Positions 10,354 through 20,474 of a DNA stretch of 64,000 nucleotides are shown piece by piece. Position 1 is the stretch's first letter; each line of letters starts with the position of its first letter. Below the pieces are notes generated by a model that saw nothing but the letters and a program-made list of their open reading frames with translations, did not search any database and had not been told where the DNA came from. A program made the position numbers and the translations under genes. Source of the DNA: Nitrospirota bacterium (lineage in GTDB: Bacteria; Nitrospirota; UBA9217); assembly GCA_963845065.1 (NCBI GenBank), contig CAWJQQ010000007.1, positions 62,988-126,987 on the forward strand, given 5' to 3'.

Positions 10354-12339
10354 TTAAAGTGCTACCTTCAACGATCTTAGCACCCAGTTTATTGCGCCGC
10401 CGACGACAATAGCGAAGGGGAATATAAAGGCCACCATATATAGCGCAGCTCTGATCCCCTGTTCTTTGATCATTACAAAAAAATTAGCAATACAGGGAAC
10501 GAAGAGCGTGACTACAACGAGACTTACGACCGTCTGAATAGGATCAAGCAAGCCGCCTTTGGCCAGCATGAAGAGACCGGCTGCTCCGTAATCCCGCCTT
10601 AGGAAACCAATGACTAATGCTTCTGTGGCTTTGCTCGGTAATCCTAAAAACCCGACAACTATGGGATCGGCTATTTTCTGAATGAGCAGCAGCATTCCCA
10701 GTTTATCTGCAGTAAAGAGAATGAGTGTGCCGAGCACAAAAAGCGGAACGGCCTCTTTTAAATACCACTGAACCCGCGCCATGGTCTTGATCAGGATGTT
10801 GGTCAATTGCGGTAAACGGATCGGAGGAAGTTCGAGAACGAAGTCCGATGGTTCTCCCGGAAGCAACTTGGACGCGAGATATCCTACTAGGAACAGGATG
10901 CAGACCATCGTTCCGAGCCATATGCTTGTTGCGAGACCAGATATGCCCGATACCATACCGAGCACGACTCCGAGTTGAGCTGAACAGGGAACTCCGAGGG
11001 CAAGCAGGAACGTTACGAGGAGTCGCTCCTTTTTAGTATCGAGAATTCGAGTTGTCAGGGTTGCCATCGTGTCGCACCCGAGACCGAGAATCATCGGCAG
11101 AACGGCCTTTCCATTGAGCCCCATAATCTTGAATACTTTATTTACCATAACTGCGAGTCTCGGAAGATAACCAGAATCTTCGAGAATTCCGAAAGCAATA
11201 AAGAAAAATCCGACAATAGGCAGCACGATAGCAATTGCATAGGTAAAGGCCATGGTCACGATGCCGTATTCACCGATGATGAGTTCCTGCAAAAAAGGCA
11301 CAGGTAAAATAAATTGCACGATTTTCGTGGCCCATGGATTTATGTATACTCCAAATATAGTTTTTTCAAGAAAATTGACTACAGTCCCTGCCCCTAGCAC
11401 GCCTACGAATTGATAGACTGCATATAACACGGCAAGCATGATTGGTATGCCGTAAACAGGATGCATGGACCATTTCCCGAGAAGGAATGCAATTGTAGAA
11501 CTCTTTCCCACTTCGTAGCGATTTATTACCTGAGCAAGGATCTCATCGGCTTTTTTCATTCTGCGATGATTGATAAGATATCCAAGGGAGTTGTTAAACT
11601 TCTGCTGAACCCCCTGGCGAATTTTCTCGATTTCAGCAATTACATGATCTTGTATATTAGCGTGAAGCCATCCTATCAGGCTTTCGTCGCCCGAGAGGAT
11701 CATGAGCGCAAGAGCGCGTCGAGAAATATACGCTTGGGGAAGAAGCGCAGCTACATCCCGTATTCCTCCCTCTATGGCATCTTCATAGCGGACATCGATA
11801 CCCGATGCGCGAGGATGCTGGATGCCTTTTAATAATTTATCGATTCCGCTTTTACGGATAGCGACTGTCTTAACAACTTCGATGCCCAGTATACTGGAAA
11901 GTAGAGTTTGGTCGATGAAAATTCCGCGGCTTTTGGCCTCATCGTCCATATTGAGATCAAGAATGAAGGGAATGTTCATTTCTGCTAGTTGGATAGTGAT
12001 TAAAAGTCCCCGACGTAAGTTTTTTGTGTCGGCAACCTGAACAACAACGCCGGCCTTGTCCGTCAGAAGGATATCACGTGTGACTTTTTCGTCTTCGGAC
12101 ATAGGCACAAGACTGTTGACGCCCGGCGTATCAATGACGATCGTACGAGTCTTGTTTAACATCGCATTGCCGTACGTTACTTCGACTGTAGTGCCGGGAT
12201 AGTTGGATACGGTAACATATTTCCCTGTAAGGAGACCGAACAGCGCGCTTTTCCCTACGTTGGGGTTACCGATCAGGAGAACCTTGCTTAAATTAGAGTC
12301 TTTGTGTTGTTCCCCGCCATGTGAACCATGGTTATGCAT
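10354..12339 (-). CDS. feoB: Ferrous iron transporter FeoB
   Basis: GNPNVGKS, SNYPGTT, DTPG, LEDSGYLPR, LGLGC, VPCSA, FVLELP, VPCIA. Confidence 0.97.
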   Translation of the reverse strand: MHNHGSHGGEQHKDSNLSKVLLIGNPNVGKSALFGLLTGKYVTVSNYPGTTVEVTYGNAMLNKTRTIVIDTPGVNSLVPMSEDEKVTRDILLTDKAGVVVQVADTKNLRRGLLITIQLAEMNIPFILDLNMDDEAKSRGIFIDQTLLSSILGIEVVKTVAIRKSGIDKLLKGIQHPRASGIDVRYEDAIEGGIRDVAALLPQAYISRRALALMILSGDESLIGWLHANIQDHVIAEIEKIRQGVQQKFNNSLGYLINHRRMKKADEILAQVINRYEVGKSSTIAFLLGKWSMHPVYGIPIMLAVLYAVYQFVGVLGAGTVVNFLEKTIFGVYINPWATKIVQFILPVPFLQELIIGEYGIVTMAFTYAIAIVLPIVGFFFIAFGILEDSGYLPRLAVMVNKVFKIMGLNGKAVLPMILGLGCDTMATLTTRILDTKKERLLVTFLLALGVPCSAQLGVVLGMVSGISGLATSIWLGTMVCILFLVGYLASKLLPGEPSDFVLELPPIRLPQLTNILIKTMARVQWYLKEAVPLFVLGTLILFTADKLGMLLLIQKIADPIVVGFLGLPSKATEALVIGFLRRDYGAAGLFMLAKGGLLDPIQTVVSLVVVTLFVPCIANFFVMIKEQGIRAALYMVAFIFPFAIVVGGAINWVLRSLKVAL

Positions 12340-12392
12340 TCTTAGAAACGCTCCTTTTCGAAAGAGACGTATTATTATCTATTTTCAATCTC

Positions 12393-12845
12393 TTAATTTC
12401 TAGCATGTACCTTTTCCCTCTGACAAGTTTCACACAATCCGTACAACTCGAGTTTGTGGTTCTGAACTTTAAAGTGATTTTTTTTAGCGACATCCTGCTG
12501 AAGAGCCTCGATACGTTCGTTTTCAAATTCAAGGATCAAGCCGCATTTCGTGCAGATCAGATGATCGTGATGATTGCCCGAGGCTTTGTACTCATAGCGT
12601 GTAAATCCGTCCTCGAAACGACGTTCATCTGCGAGCCCGGCCGCCGCAAATAGCTTGAGGCTCCGATAGACAGTCGCGTAGCCTATACCTGGGTGCGCCG
12701 TCATAACGCGCAGGTATAATTCTTCCGCACTCAGATGACGACCCGCATTGATAAATATTTGAAGAATCTGATTGCGCTGTATGGTGGATCTGAGCCCCTG
12801 GCCAGCGAGATACTTCGCAAGTAGTTTAACGGCGTTTTTTCGCAT
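12393..12845 (-). CDS. fur: Ferric uptake regulator
   Basis: HLSAEELY, ATVYRSL, HHDHLICTKCG, LYGLCETC. Confidence 0.93.
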   Translation of the reverse strand: MRKNAVKLLAKYLAGQGLRSTIQRNQILQIFINAGRHLSAEELYLRVMTAHPGIGYATVYRSLKLFAAAGLADERRFEDGFTRYEYKASGNHHDHLICTKCGLILEFENERIEALQQDVAKKNHFKVQNHKLELYGLCETCQREKVHARN

Positions 12846-12852
12846 AATTGAT

Positions 12853-12907
12853 ATTGAATACCATTTTCAATATTGTTTTTTATACCATGGTTACCGTGAG
12901 GTGTCAA
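12853..12907 (-). promoter_or_regulatory. sigma70 promoter with Fur-box-like operator
   Basis: Minus strand TTGACA-17 bp-TATAAA, then the 19-bp palindrome ATTGAAAATGGTATTCAAT (12853-12871) just upstream of the fur ATG. Confidence 0.8.
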
Positions 12908-13324
12908 GATATTATTATTCACTTTCAGCACAAAAATTAAATAAACTGTTGTTTACAAAATAGATATGGTCGATTCTGGGTGGAACGGGAGGTTACTCCC
13001 TTATTCCTCAGTATGATTAAAAGTTATCTTCGATGATAATCTAGTGTTTCAATCCATCATTTTCTGCCGCGAATGAAAATCGGTTTTGCGGATTTACCTT
13101 GGCTAATTCTTTCATTATCTCTCGGTTCCTTAAGCTCGGGTCCCTGTTGGCTATGTTCAAAGACATCTATTCGTTATTTTATTCTGACCTTTGCGATCTA
13201 TCTTCACTGGCTCACCGTGAAAAAAACTTGCCTTTAACCATGTGGCGAAGTCAAGCTCTTCAACGCTATCAGGTTAAGTAGGGATCTTTCACCATCAAGC
13301 ATTTGAACGTGCTGCACAAATAAC

Positions 13325-13359
13325 AAAAGCCGCCCGAAATGATCCGGGCGGCTCTATTT
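13325..13359 (-). terminator. Rho-independent terminator after the envelope cluster
   Basis: Stem GCCGCCCG/CGGGCGGC with flanking A tract. Confidence 0.8.
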
Positions 13360-13371
13360 AATACGGCGTTA

Positions 13372-14130
13372 TTAAAACTGAGTTTCTTTGTCCCGCTCCT
13401 GATTCCACTTTACCCAGTCATCAGCATCGGCCTTTGGGTCGAAATTTTCGGGTTTTGATGGCACGCCCTGTGGTGAAATGCTGATTTGCTGCATGGCCTT
13501 CACGATGGTGGTCCATTCCTCCATGGAAACCTGATGTGAAGGCGGAGGAACTTCATGGGGACCGGCAACTTCATGCGGTACTGTCATTTTTTCGATTGGA
13601 CTAGAAGCACTTCTCGGTGGGTTGGCCACATATACCGAGCCATCATAGACCTTGACAATGGTGCTCTTGTCATCTTCAACGTTCACGCGGTAAACAGTGC
13701 CTCGCACGCCGGCCACGGCATTTGAGGTTCTTACTTCGACAGTGGAATCGGGTGTCATGAGCTGCTTGACCTTTGCCCATAACTTCCCGATCGAGAGTTC
13801 GGCCTTAACTTTTTTGTCATTGGTCTGCCTATTGAATGACAGCGCATTCACCTTGAAAATGGAATTCGCGGAGAGTCGCATGACCGTCCCGTCAGGAAAG
13901 TGGATCTCCATCCGTGATTTTTTAGCGACTCTCACCTCTTGTTCATTTCTGAGCGTATCCCCTTTTTTGATCAGGCGTCCGGTAGTTGCACCTTTCTCGT
14001 AGATTCGCGCAGTACCTTGAATTAGCGTAACGACGGCGTCGTTATCGGTAGACTGACCAGCCAACACCGTCATCGCAATCAAACATACGGCCAGAACTAC
14101 GATAAGGGCAAAACCAATGCGTTTTATCAT
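13372..14130 (-). CDS. Secreted FecR-domain protein
   Basis: Signal peptide; IHFPDGTVMRLSANS, GKLWAKV, VRTSNAVAGVRGTVYRV, VKVYDGSV. Confidence 0.85.
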   Translation of the reverse strand: MIKRIGFALIVVLAVCLIAMTVLAGQSTDNDAVVTLIQGTARIYEKGATTGRLIKKGDTLRNEQEVRVAKKSRMEIHFPDGTVMRLSANSIFKVNALSFNRQTNDKKVKAELSIGKLWAKVKQLMTPDSTVEVRTSNAVAGVRGTVYRVNVEDDKSTIVKVYDGSVYVANPPRSASSPIEKMTVPHEVAGPHEVPPPSHQVSMEEWTTIVKAMQQISISPQGVPSKPENFDPKADADDWVKWNQERDKETQF

Positions 14131-14165
14131 ACGTCTCGTCCTTTAGATGAATGTTCTACACATTC

Positions 14166-15140
14166 TTATTTGGCGACGAATTTTACAATATCTCCCTTGC
14201 TAAAACCCATTCCCGATGTGCTTATGGCTAGTGACATGTCTTGCTTGTCACCAATATCATTTCGTTGGATCATGACTTGGCCTATTTTATCCTCAGTTGT
14301 GCCCAACTTCTGGTGTGTATCTGGATCAATGATATCTTCACCCACCTTGTACACATCGAGCCTGTCGCCGATTTTTAGGCCCGTCTTTCTCCCAGCGTTG
14401 ATATAAACCCTGTTACCCGCGACCTTGGCAATCTTGCCTTTCCACGGTTGACTCTCTAGCTGTTTCATCATGTTTACCATAGCCTTGGTGAGAGCATCTC
14501 GGAGCGCACCGTCGCGAAGATCGGTGTCATAACTCGCTTTGGCGCCTAAACCGAGCGATGTGGTCACCTTCTTTTCGTAGATGCCAGCTCCCGAATCGGC
14601 CAAGAGTTGCTCTCCCGTCGTGGTATCAACAATGCGGTAATCAACCGTGACCCTTGCAATTTGTTTCTTGCTTTTTATCACAAGGTAGTCGCTTCCCTCT
14701 TCCGCCTCTGAATATGCTGTGATCGCACCGGTTACGATTGCATTGAGACCCAGAATCTGCCCCATTTTTGCTGCGGTGTCAGGATTGATCGCACCCGTGG
14801 CACCCATTCTTTGCTGATTCAAAATCTGCTCCATATCCTGCTGAGGGATTATGATAAAACGATCCGTCTTCTGCAGAATAGTGCCGAGTATGTCTGCTGC
14901 TGCCTCTCCGATGCCGAGAACCCTTGAAGGTGTTTTGTTCTGGAAGTTAACCACACCAACCCGGAGCTTGGGCCCCTTGTAATTCGATACGTCGCTTTCT
15001 GTTTTCAGTTCTGCGGATGTGCCAGTCACCGTCGTGTCGTTTCTCACCTGTCCGGATGTCGTTGGAGCGCAACCGGTCGAGATGAATGCAGCTAAAATAA
15101 TCAGAACCCCAATCTGTAACAACAATGAAGCTGTTTTCAT
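14166..15140 (-). CDS. CsgG/HfaB-family lipoprotein with FlgT-like C-terminal domain
   Basis: Lipobox ISTGC; VGVVNFQN, AAKMGQILGLNAIVTGAIT, DYRIVDTTTGE; C-terminal VYINAG...GLKIGD.L.V. Confidence 0.82.
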   Translation of the reverse strand: MKTASLLLQIGVLIILAAFISTGCAPTTSGQVRNDTTVTGTSAELKTESDVSNYKGPKLRVGVVNFQNKTPSRVLGIGEAAADILGTILQKTDRFIIIPQQDMEQILNQQRMGATGAINPDTAAKMGQILGLNAIVTGAITAYSEAEEGSDYLVIKSKKQIARVTVDYRIVDTTTGEQLLADSGAGIYEKKVTTSLGLGAKASYDTDLRDGALRDALTKAMVNMMKQLESQPWKGKIAKVAGNRVYINAGRKTGLKIGDRLDVYKVGEDIIDPDTHQKLGTTEDKIGQVMIQRNDIGDKQDMSLAISTSGMGFSKGDIVKFVAK

Positions 15141-15178
15141 TCGTATGACCTCCTTAAAAGTTGTATAAACTTCCTTCA

Positions 15179-16570
15179 CTATTTTTTTGGCTGTGTTGCC
15201 ATAAGATCCATGTAGCTCTGGGCCTCGGTATATCCTTCAGGTATCTCGAACAACGTGGCCGGCGGCCGCTTAAGAACTATATTTTTCAACTCCGTGGTGA
15301 TGCGATAATTCTTACCCTCCAGCTCGCTCTTGATTGTCATTCCCTCCAGTTTACGGGCATTCCAAATAAGTCCTTCATCTACCAAGCCTTCCTTGTAAAA
15401 AACTTTCACTCGAAACTTGTCTGTTAAGTAATGGTCTACCATCTCGGTGCCAATTTTGGTTTTTTCGACACGCGGTTTCTCTTGGACCACATCTTGGGGG
15501 GTATGAACGATGTATTTCTGGACATTGGGATAGAGGGTATAACTGATTTTTTTATCGCCGCGATTGATCATAATCATCTTACCGATAGGTGACTGGGCAT
15601 TTCTCGGATTTCCTTTTGACATTTTGGACAAATCCATATCCATTCTTACCTTTCTACCAGCTATTGCCAACGGCATTTCCATGGTAAAGGTATCATTCCG
15701 AATCTTATCGACTCGTGTTGAGTAGACAACCGCTGAAAAATCTCGTTTGCCCTCCCAATCCATATATCCAAACGAAGGGGGTTCCGGCATCTTAATTTTC
15801 GGCATTGGTGGTGCGACGAATATTCCCGGTGCTTGCGGCGTAGCTCCGACGACTACCGTTCCTGGCCCCCAGGGGAGATTGTCAGTTATCCGCCTGGCCA
15901 ACTCCGTAGATTCGTAGTCCAAATGCTTTCCAATGGCTTTGTACACCAACTTAGTACCGAGTCCCTGGACAAAAGACTTACCGACGCTGCTATTGTCAGA
16001 TGTCTTGCTCTCGATAGTTACCCATGGTACGTCCTTGTCCCGTGCATCTGCGGCGCGCGTAAGAGCAGCGGCAGCGCTCCCTCCGGTTCCCTCCATCTTT
16101 ACCTCGCTCCGTACGCCGAGTCCCCTCGCCCACATATCCTCACCGGTGGCAGTATTCACCAGTCTAAACTTGCCTCTTACCTTCTTGACATTAATGACAC
16201 CAGTTGTTGTCTCTTCGAAGTCCATGAGCGTTCCATAGAGTACGCCCTGGACACCGAGCGCTTCACCTAGTTTTTGTGCAGTCGTCAGATCTAACTGTCC
16301 GCCCAGAGTTATTCCCATTTGATCCCTGAGGATCTGATCCGTTTCCTTAGTATCCTTAACTACATATGATCGGTTTTCCAACGCCTCCACCATCTTCTGC
16401 CTCATAACGTTCGGCCCATCAACATCGTTTGTATCGTTTTTCATAGGAAGGACAGCTACGTGTTTAAGAGGGTTGTTTGAATTGTAGGGTAGCGGCGGCC
16501 GGGGAATGGCACAGCCGACAAACAGTACCCATACTCCTAGCATTACCATATATAGCATTCGTTTCATCAT
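15179..16570 (-). CDS. Lipoprotein: DUF799/GNA1162-like N-domain, Pro-rich linker, DUF4412-like C-domain
   Basis: Lipobox FVGC; VAVLPMKNDT, LGEALGVQGVLYGTL, LVNTATGE.MW; C-terminal KVRMDM..PATLFEIPEGY. Confidence 0.7.
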   Translation of the reverse strand: MMKRMLYMVMLGVWVLFVGCAIPRPPLPYNSNNPLKHVAVLPMKNDTNDVDGPNVMRQKMVEALENRSYVVKDTKETDQILRDQMGITLGGQLDLTTAQKLGEALGVQGVLYGTLMDFEETTTGVINVKKVRGKFRLVNTATGEDMWARGLGVRSEVKMEGTGGSAAAALTRAADARDKDVPWVTIESKTSDNSSVGKSFVQGLGTKLVYKAIGKHLDYESTELARRITDNLPWGPGTVVVGATPQAPGIFVAPPMPKIKMPEPPSFGYMDWEGKRDFSAVVYSTRVDKIRNDTFTMEMPLAIAGRKVRMDMDLSKMSKGNPRNAQSPIGKMIMINRGDKKISYTLYPNVQKYIVHTPQDVVQEKPRVEKTKIGTEMVDHYLTDKFRVKVFYKEGLVDEGLIWNARKLEGMTIKSELEGKNYRITTELKNIVLKRPPATLFEIPEGYTEAQSYMDLMATQPKK

Positions 16571-16686
16571 TTTACAGCTCCTTTGAGTTAATACTCTTTC
16601 GTCGATGATGTAAAAAGTATATAAACCGATAATCTAATTGATAACGTATCTGAACACTTAGTCAGCAACCTGCGTGAAATAGGAAT

Positions 16687-17688
16687 TCAATAAACGATAA
16701 TCACCCTGCAATACTGAAGAAAATCTCCCTTGCCTCCTAGTTGTTTGAGCGTCTGCGCGTCGGCTTGGCTCACGACGATGTCGGTCCTAGCCGTGCCAGA
16801 AGCGCGCAGCCCCTTGATTACTGCAGGATTATCAGTCACCCTGAAATTATTCGCGGCGGCATTGACATCCTTGGCGTAACCCGCAACGCCCTGGTCTACT
16901 GCATTGGTTCTTGTGACCACATGGCCTACATAGAGCTCCTGTCCTTGGGGATCGATGATCTTTGGCAGGAGCGCGGGACGCAATCCCAATCCCCTGCCAT
17001 CAATCACTAAGCCGGTGGCAGTACCCCCTTTAAATATCGTCGTAGATTCGCCGGGTGAGGACGGCGCAGGTATGGGAGGTTCCGCATTCTTTTCCGGCAG
17101 AGAGGGCACCGTAGTAGGAGGCGGCAGCAATTTTGACGGCTCTTCAGGCCCTTTTGTAGTCGGAGCAATTGACGGTCTTGGAGGCTGCGGCGTCGGTGTC
17201 ATTCTCTGAGGCATTGGAGATGATAACGGTCTTCCGAAGGTTTCTGGAACGATAGCATCCAGGAGCGCGCCTTTCATGGGCATAGCTACGAGCACCTCCA
17301 CAGACCCATCCGACATGTATTGAGTTTTGACAATTCGTGCTCCTCTTACTATCCCATTAACACGTGTGTTGATCACGTCGCTTTTAACCATGAAGTTCTC
17401 GACCACCGATGCGGAATCAACCCTAATGCCTCTCACAATTTCGAGGAGATTTCTAATGGCAACGACAAATGCGGCCCTCTCTGTCATGGCGCGAGCCTGT
17501 GCAGCATTTATCGATTGTGAAGGAGGCGCGCCGATCCCTGTTGCAAATACCTCACCGCTGGTCCAGTTGATCTGCCCCGAGCCGGCTGCTTCAATAGCAT
17601 CGCCTGGATTTCCGATCTGGGCAAAAACAACTCCAGGAACAATGCAGCAGACGAGAAGCATGAATATGGGTCTAATTATTTTTTTCAT
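16687..17688 (-). CDS. LPP20-like exported protein, paralogue of 20475-21338, with long Pro-rich linker
   Basis: INWTSG.V.ATGIG, ARAM.ERAA..A.RNLLE.V.G..VDS, TGLVIDGRGL.PA..PKI. Confidence 0.72.
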   Translation of the reverse strand: MKKIIRPIFMLLVCCIVPGVVFAQIGNPGDAIEAAGSGQINWTSGEVFATGIGAPPSQSINAAQARAMTERAAFVVAIRNLLEIVRGIRVDSASVVENFMVKSDVINTRVNGIVRGARIVKTQYMSDGSVEVLVAMPMKGALLDAIVPETFGRPLSSPMPQRMTPTPQPPRPSIAPTTKGPEEPSKLLPPPTTVPSLPEKNAEPPIPAPSSPGESTTIFKGGTATGLVIDGRGLGLRPALLPKIIDPQGQELYVGHVVTRTNAVDQGVAGYAKDVNAAANNFRVTDNPAVIKGLRASGTARTDIVVSQADAQTLKQLGGKGDFLQYCRVIIVY

Positions 17689-17790
17689 CAAGAACCTCAA
17701 AAAATTGTCAGCCTTTAGTTGAGAGAGAATAAATTATCTACGGCGACATGTGAAGGGATTAACACGCTCTGTTCTATCATAGCATCAAAA

Positions 17791-19170
17791 CTATTTTACC
17801 ACAAAATCCGATACTGTATCTTTTCCAACTTCGACGTTTACCGTGCGAGAAATTTCCTTGTCGCCGATTACTGCAGAAACCTTGTATTGGCCAGGAGTTA
17901 GCCCCTCGATCTTATATGTTCCATCGCGGTCGATCGAAACACCGTAGCTGGTGTTTCCGTCTCGATAAAATACATCGCCATCCTGAACAGGCCTGCCGCC
18001 AGCATCAATTACTTTGCCCTTGATCACACCACCGGGTTGGAGGGAAAAGTTTAGCCGATATACCTGTCCTGGCTCGACGCGAAGCTCCTGAGAGGACTTC
18101 GCAAATCCGGGCCCCTTGAGCTCCACTCGATACACGCCTGCAGCCGTCACGGCTGCAGCGAATCTGCCGTCGGAAAAAGGTGTCGGCGTGCCCCTGCCGT
18201 CTTTCCAGAGCACCAAGGAACCTGCCGGCACGGCAACCCCCGCTTTATCGGTCACACGTCCGGTCACGAGCGCAGAATGCTGACGCTCATCAAGTCTTCG
18301 TCCAAGCCGGTTTTCCCTTGGAAGCGGCAATTCGTCGACCATAACGGTCTTGTCATCTACTTTGAAGATAGTATAGAATGTTGCCTTGTCGACCTCGAGA
18401 TATCCGCCGGTGTAGGCGCCGGGCATTTCCATGCCGTCGAGACGGAGAAGAATGTGAAAGGGATCTACGAAATGATGAGAATGCTCAGCATCGGAGAATA
18501 CCCAACCCGTGTCCGGATAATATAGTTCAAGGTAGGCATGGAAGCCGCCGTCATTCACTTTTACGCCCCAGTAATCCTTCGAAAAACCCCACTCATAACC
18601 CGGGGGTAAATAGCCGTGCGCTACACGTGCGGGTATGCCGGCAGCACGCAAGAGGGCCACAGCGAGGTTGGAGTAACCGACGCAGTACGCTTTTTTGAAG
18701 CTGAGCGCAGAGATCGCATCAGTTGGGACTGTAATACTGTTATCAAATGTGAGGTAGTCCGCTATCCAAGACAAGATGGCGTTTGCAGCTTCATGTGCAT
18801 ACCTACTTCCTTTGGTAATTTCCCAAGCTAAATGCTCAATCCTCGGGTCCTGCGACTGCCTGTCTCGGTCTGGCATGAGATATTGAGTGACCGATGCGGG
18901 TAACGCTCCGGGCGCGATAGGGAATGGGACCCGAGTTTTTAAAGGTCCCATCTTCGAGGTGACCTGAACACGCTTACTGAACTCATCTAGATTCGTCACT
19001 TTTTGTTCGAAGGACTCATTCGCATAATCGGGTATAAATGCAACGCCCCGTGGATTTACAATATCATAGACGACTGTATGTTCTCCATCAAGCACCTTGA
19101 GATCGGCAACAACGCCGGATGGATGTAAGAGGAGCAAAGCAAATATGGTGGCTGCTAATAATTTGTTCAT
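17791..19170 (-). CDS. Secreted transglutaminase-like cysteine enzyme with carboxypeptidase-regulatory-like repeats
   Basis: Signal peptide; triad AYCVGYS / FHAYLE / WVFSDA; C-terminal G.V.D..G..V repeats. Exact start uncertain (19170-19182). Confidence 0.85.
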   Translation of the reverse strand: MNKLLAATIFALLLLHPSGVVADLKVLDGEHTVVYDIVNPRGVAFIPDYANESFEQKVTNLDEFSKRVQVTSKMGPLKTRVPFPIAPGALPASVTQYLMPDRDRQSQDPRIEHLAWEITKGSRYAHEAANAILSWIADYLTFDNSITVPTDAISALSFKKAYCVGYSNLAVALLRAAGIPARVAHGYLPPGYEWGFSKDYWGVKVNDGGFHAYLELYYPDTGWVFSDAEHSHHFVDPFHILLRLDGMEMPGAYTGGYLEVDKATFYTIFKVDDKTVMVDELPLPRENRLGRRLDERQHSALVTGRVTDKAGVAVPAGSLVLWKDGRGTPTPFSDGRFAAAVTAAGVYRVELKGPGFAKSSQELRVEPGQVYRLNFSLQPGGVIKGKVIDAGGRPVQDGDVFYRDGNTSYGVSIDRDGTYKIEGLTPGQYKVSAVIGDKEISRTVNVEVGKDTVSDFVVK

Positions 19171-19180
19171 AATTTGCATC

Positions 19181-19212
19181 AAAAAAGCCCGCTCCAGTTA
19201 GGTGAAGCGGGC
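19181..19212 (-). terminator. Internal terminator-like hairpin
   Basis: GCCCGCT/AGCGGGC stem followed by T6 on the minus strand. Confidence 0.65.
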
Positions 19213-19226
19213 ACTTTGTCACCTAG

Positions 19227-20405
19227 CTAGAATTTAAGTTGGTTTTTAAACTCACGAATTGCAAGGAGGGCATCAGCGCCCGAAACAGTATCCCCGGCAT
19301 TGAATTCTCCAGTTGCTTTATCGGCTTCCAGAAATCCCCGAGACGTTACTGTCATGATCGCATTGAACGCATAGTAGTCATTTCGGACATCAGGAAACGG
19401 TGATGTTGCACCTATGAACTTTGTTGCCAGTTTTTCGTCACCAGTCACCTTAATCAAGATATCTTCCAGCATGAGGGCAAACTCGCCTTTGGTGATGATT
19501 TTTCCAGGTTCGAATTTATGATTCGGCCCCGCTTCGAGCCCTCGAACCTGAAGCTTGAGTATGGTTTCTATGCTTGATCTGAGCCAGTTGTCAGCGATGT
19601 CCGTAGCGGGCTCCATCTTTACCGTTGTATCTGGAGAAAACCGGGTAGAAGACTCTGTCGGTGCCTTAAAAGTCGTGTCATAAGTTTTCGTTCCGCGTTT
19701 AGTGAAGAGTTTCTCAAGATTCATTTCCTGATCGAAGAGCGCAGCGACATCGGCACGATCAATCTTGTCGATCAAGGCGATCTTCTTTCCGATTTCACTT
19801 CCCGGGGCAGCACGCTGAATTTTTTGGATCACAGCCCATTCCGCATTGGCTTCACCGACATAGTCTTGGTTGATGTCAAGAACGACGCGGAACATGTTCG
19901 CTGCCTTGTCGAAATCGAGCGCCATCTTGTAACACATTCCCATATAGAAATGCAACCGTGGGTTATTCGGTTCCTTCTTATTGGCTGACTTGAATTCCTT
20001 CTCGGCCTTATTTACCAGCTCACTTACCTGGTTCTGTTCCTTGGCCATCTGCAATCCATAGAGCCTGATCATGCCAACACGTGCTTCGATACCTTTGGTT
20101 TCATAGCCCTTTGCTTTTTCCATATTTTCAAAAGCTTGCTTAAAATCACCATTCTTTCCCAGGACCAGACCTTTCCCGATGTAACCAAGTGACGATTTTG
20201 GATCGAGAGCGATAGCTCGATCGAATTCTCGCATTGCATCATCTAGCCTGTCTGCATCCATCAACTTCAGCCCCTCTTTATAATGGTATTCAGGTGTATC
20301 CATGATCGATGTGGACGGTGCTGCTTTCGGTCCGCAACCGTTAATCGAAGCTACCAGGAACAGCACTACCAGAACCACCATGAGGCGTTTGATCTGCGTA
20401 ATCAT
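19227..20405 (-). CDS. Lipoprotein with TPR repeats and S-layer homology (SLH) domains
   Basis: Lipobox INGC; TPR helices; SLH-like DIADNW..FEPGKIITKGEFA and FPDVRNDYYAF..VSGADA. Confidence 0.8.
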   Translation of the reverse strand: MITQIKRLMVVLVVLFLVASINGCGPKAAPSTSIMDTPEYHYKEGLKLMDADRLDDAMREFDRAIALDPKSSLGYIGKGLVLGKNGDFKQAFENMEKAKGYETKGIEARVGMIRLYGLQMAKEQNQVSELVNKAEKEFKSANKKEPNNPRLHFYMGMCYKMALDFDKAANMFRVVLDINQDYVGEANAEWAVIQKIQRAAPGSEIGKKIALIDKIDRADVAALFDQEMNLEKLFTKRGTKTYDTTFKAPTESSTRFSPDTTVKMEPATDIADNWLRSSIETILKLQVRGLEAGPNHKFEPGKIITKGEFALMLEDILIKVTGDEKLATKFIGATSPFPDVRNDYYAFNAIMTVTSRGFLEADKATGEFNAGDTVSGADALLAIREFKNQLKF

Positions 20406-20474
20406 TCGCTACCTCCAATAGATATTCTCAGGATCGGCCGCCGGGAAGCATGGTATTCCCAAACAGGCCGTAAA

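Noticed and set aside
12960..13320. Small gene between the envelope cluster and fur
   Set aside because: Only short interrupted frames, with no family recognised.
14166..15140. Curli biogenesis operon
   Set aside because: No csgA/B/E/F-like genes are present.
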